From NCBI GenBank assembly GCA_050945235.1, contig JBMNSO010000002.1, positions 1-36,724 of the forward strand: DNA of 36,724 nt, read 5' to 3'. The stretch comes from Mahellales bacterium. GTDB taxonomy: Bacteria; Bacillota; Clostridia; DUOD01. The notes under the pieces were generated by a model, which had not been told where the DNA came from, ran no database searches, and was given only the letters and a program-made list of their open reading frames with translations. The translations under genes were made by a program, and so were the position numbers. Position 1 is the first letter of the stretch; each line of letters opens with the position of its first letter. Below are positions 35,700-36,724 of the stretch, piece after piece.

Positions 35700-36402
35700 C
35701 CCACAAGCGAATCAACGGGATCAAGATCGCCACCGCCGCGAACGGGCAGGTCACTGTATCCATACCGCCCCTGGTGTACAGTTCCACGACTGCACATACC
35801 GCCGCGGTAACTGCCGCAATCGGGATGTAGCCATGCCACTCCACGGTGCCGTATATAATCAAGACAACCAGCACCGAGACAAAGGACACGACAAACATCG
35901 CCAGAGTCCCCTCAAGGCTCTTGCGCCCCTCAACTAATCTCCCCTCTATATAGTGCCGCCCGAAGCGTTTCCCGACCAATGCTGCCGCTGCGTCGCCCAG
36001 GCCCCAGGCAGACACCGCTGCAATTAGCAGATACTTTTCTCCGAGCCAACCACAGCAAACGCAGATCAGTACCACGTACATACTAACCGCCATGACCAGA
36101 CTATTCTTGATTTCTCCGCGTTTGCGCTCTGTAAGCAGTTCGGAATAGCCGGGTATGCGCTCGGCGAGCGCAAGAGCCGGGAATATCGTTATCGCAAAGA
36201 TGATTGCCGCAATTGCCGATACCCACCATGTCTCGAACGCATATATCCAGATAAATACTGAACCCAGGAATACGATGTGCAAGATTTTTCGCGAGACCTC
36301 TGAAGGCAGTGGAACAACCCGCCGCAAGGTAAGCACACCCGCCACGCAGACCACAAAATAGCCAAGTAGTATCCCGTAACCTTGTGCAAGCTCAAGTTGC
36401 AT
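35692..36402 (-). CDS. CTP-dependent polyprenol / diacylglycerol kinase-like membrane protein (VTE5/DGK1/SEC59 - CdsA superfamily)
   Basis: GLGDAAAALVGKRFGRH and KSLEGTLAMF. Real start is ATG 36402 (MQLELAQGYG) after GGGGGA. The 5' extension of the ORF-track ORF to 36636 is an alternate frame over the marR gene. Confidence 0.7.
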   Translation of the reverse strand: MQLELAQGYGILLGYFVVCVAGVLTLRRVVPLPSEVSRKILHIVFLGSVFIWIYAFETWWVSAIAAIIFAITIFPALALAERIPGYSELLTERKRGEIKNSLVMAVSMYVVLICVCCGWLGEKYLLIAAVSAWGLGDAAAALVGKRFGRHYIEGRLVEGRKSLEGTLAMFVVSFVSVLVVLIIYGTVEWHGYIPIAAVTAAVCAVVELYTRGGMDTVTCPFAAVAILIPLIRLWGG

Positions 36403-36724
36403 TATCTGTCCCCCGATTTTCAAGGTTTGCGGCAATGCGGGAAAGCAGCGATTCAATATGGATGAACTCTTCATCGGGGATGCCTTTTCTGACGAGCATA
36501 TATAGACTGTCGTAAATCCCCTTAATATCTGCGCCAACGGAGAAAGCTTTATCCGTAAGGGAAATGCGGTATGCTCGTCTGTCCTCATGCTGCCGCACAC
36601 GAATGACATACCCTTTGGACTCCAGCGAATCGACAACCCGTGATACAGCAGCCTTTCCTATATCCAGTTGTTCCGCAAGTTGTTCCTGCTGAAGGTTATT
36701 GCTGCCCGTCAGAAGGAGAAAGAG
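36392..36724 (-). CDS. MarR-family transcriptional regulator; 5' end lies outside the window
   Basis: The frame is open to the window edge: ...LQQEQLAEQLDIGKAAVSRVVDSLESKGYVIRVRQHEDRRAYRISLTDKA... (winged HTH). Overlaps the next gene by 11 nt. Confidence 0.8.
   Translation of the reverse strand, partial: LFLLLTGSNNLQQEQLAEQLDIGKAAVSRVVDSLESKGYVIRVRQHEDRRAYRISLTDKAFSVGADIKGIYDSLYMLVRKGIPDEEFIHIESLLSRIAANLENRGTDNAT

Noticed and set aside
35141-35937. Plus-strand ORFs (69-196 aa), and 35002-35220 on the minus strand, in the GC-rich block.
   Set aside because: They are Arg/Pro/Ala-rich products typical of antisense frames in GC-rich DNA, and they overlap well-supported minus-strand membrane-protein genes.
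35692-36636. The 314-aa ORF-track ORF as a single gene, and 36392-36598 as a stand-alone 68-aa ORF.
   Set aside because: The first 78 codons of the long ORF are an alternate frame across the marR gene. The membrane protein starts at ATG 36402 with a ribosome-binding site. The 68-aa ORF is merely the 3' part of marR, whose frame stays open to the window edge.

Overview
This looks like a chromosomal segment from a spore-forming anaerobic Firmicute (Clostridia-like), judging by cwlD, [FeFe]-hydrogenase genes, a THF riboswitch and GGAGG-type ribosome-binding sites. Order of features: (1) the 3' part of a tandem-repeat protein gene and a decayed ADP-ribosylglycohydrolase pseudogene. (2) A minus-strand arginine operon, argD-carA-carB-argF-GNAT. 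(3) A divergent t6A operon, tsaE-tsaB-rimI-nadE-tsaD, followed by a dense DnaA-box cluster. (4) A radical-SAM/PDZ protein and a soluble two-HKD phospholipase-D-family protein. (5) tyrS. (6) A three-gene ABC-2 exporter. (7) cwlD. (8) The most interesting locus: an 878-aa one-component regulator that fuses a sensory-type [FeFe]-hydrogenase domain, a PAS domain, a sigma-54 AAA+ module and an HTH. It sits directly upstream of two palindromic enhancer-like sites and a textbook -24/-12 sigma-54 promoter. That promoter drives a four-gene Hnd-type [FeFe]-hydrogenase operon whose NuoF-like subunit carries a complete C-terminal GltD/NfnB-like NAD(P)H-flavoprotein module. (9) A THF riboswitch with folT. 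(10) tRNA-Thr(GGU). (11) Downstream of the tRNA, a compositionally mosaic block, first very AT-rich and then GC-rich: small membrane and basic proteins, an MFS transporter, an SDR, a PTPS/QueD-like protein with a zinc ribbon, and a MarR / polyprenol-kinase-like / CDF-like operon that runs off the window. I found no CRISPR array, transposase or integrase. All calls come from reading motifs by eye; no database search was run.
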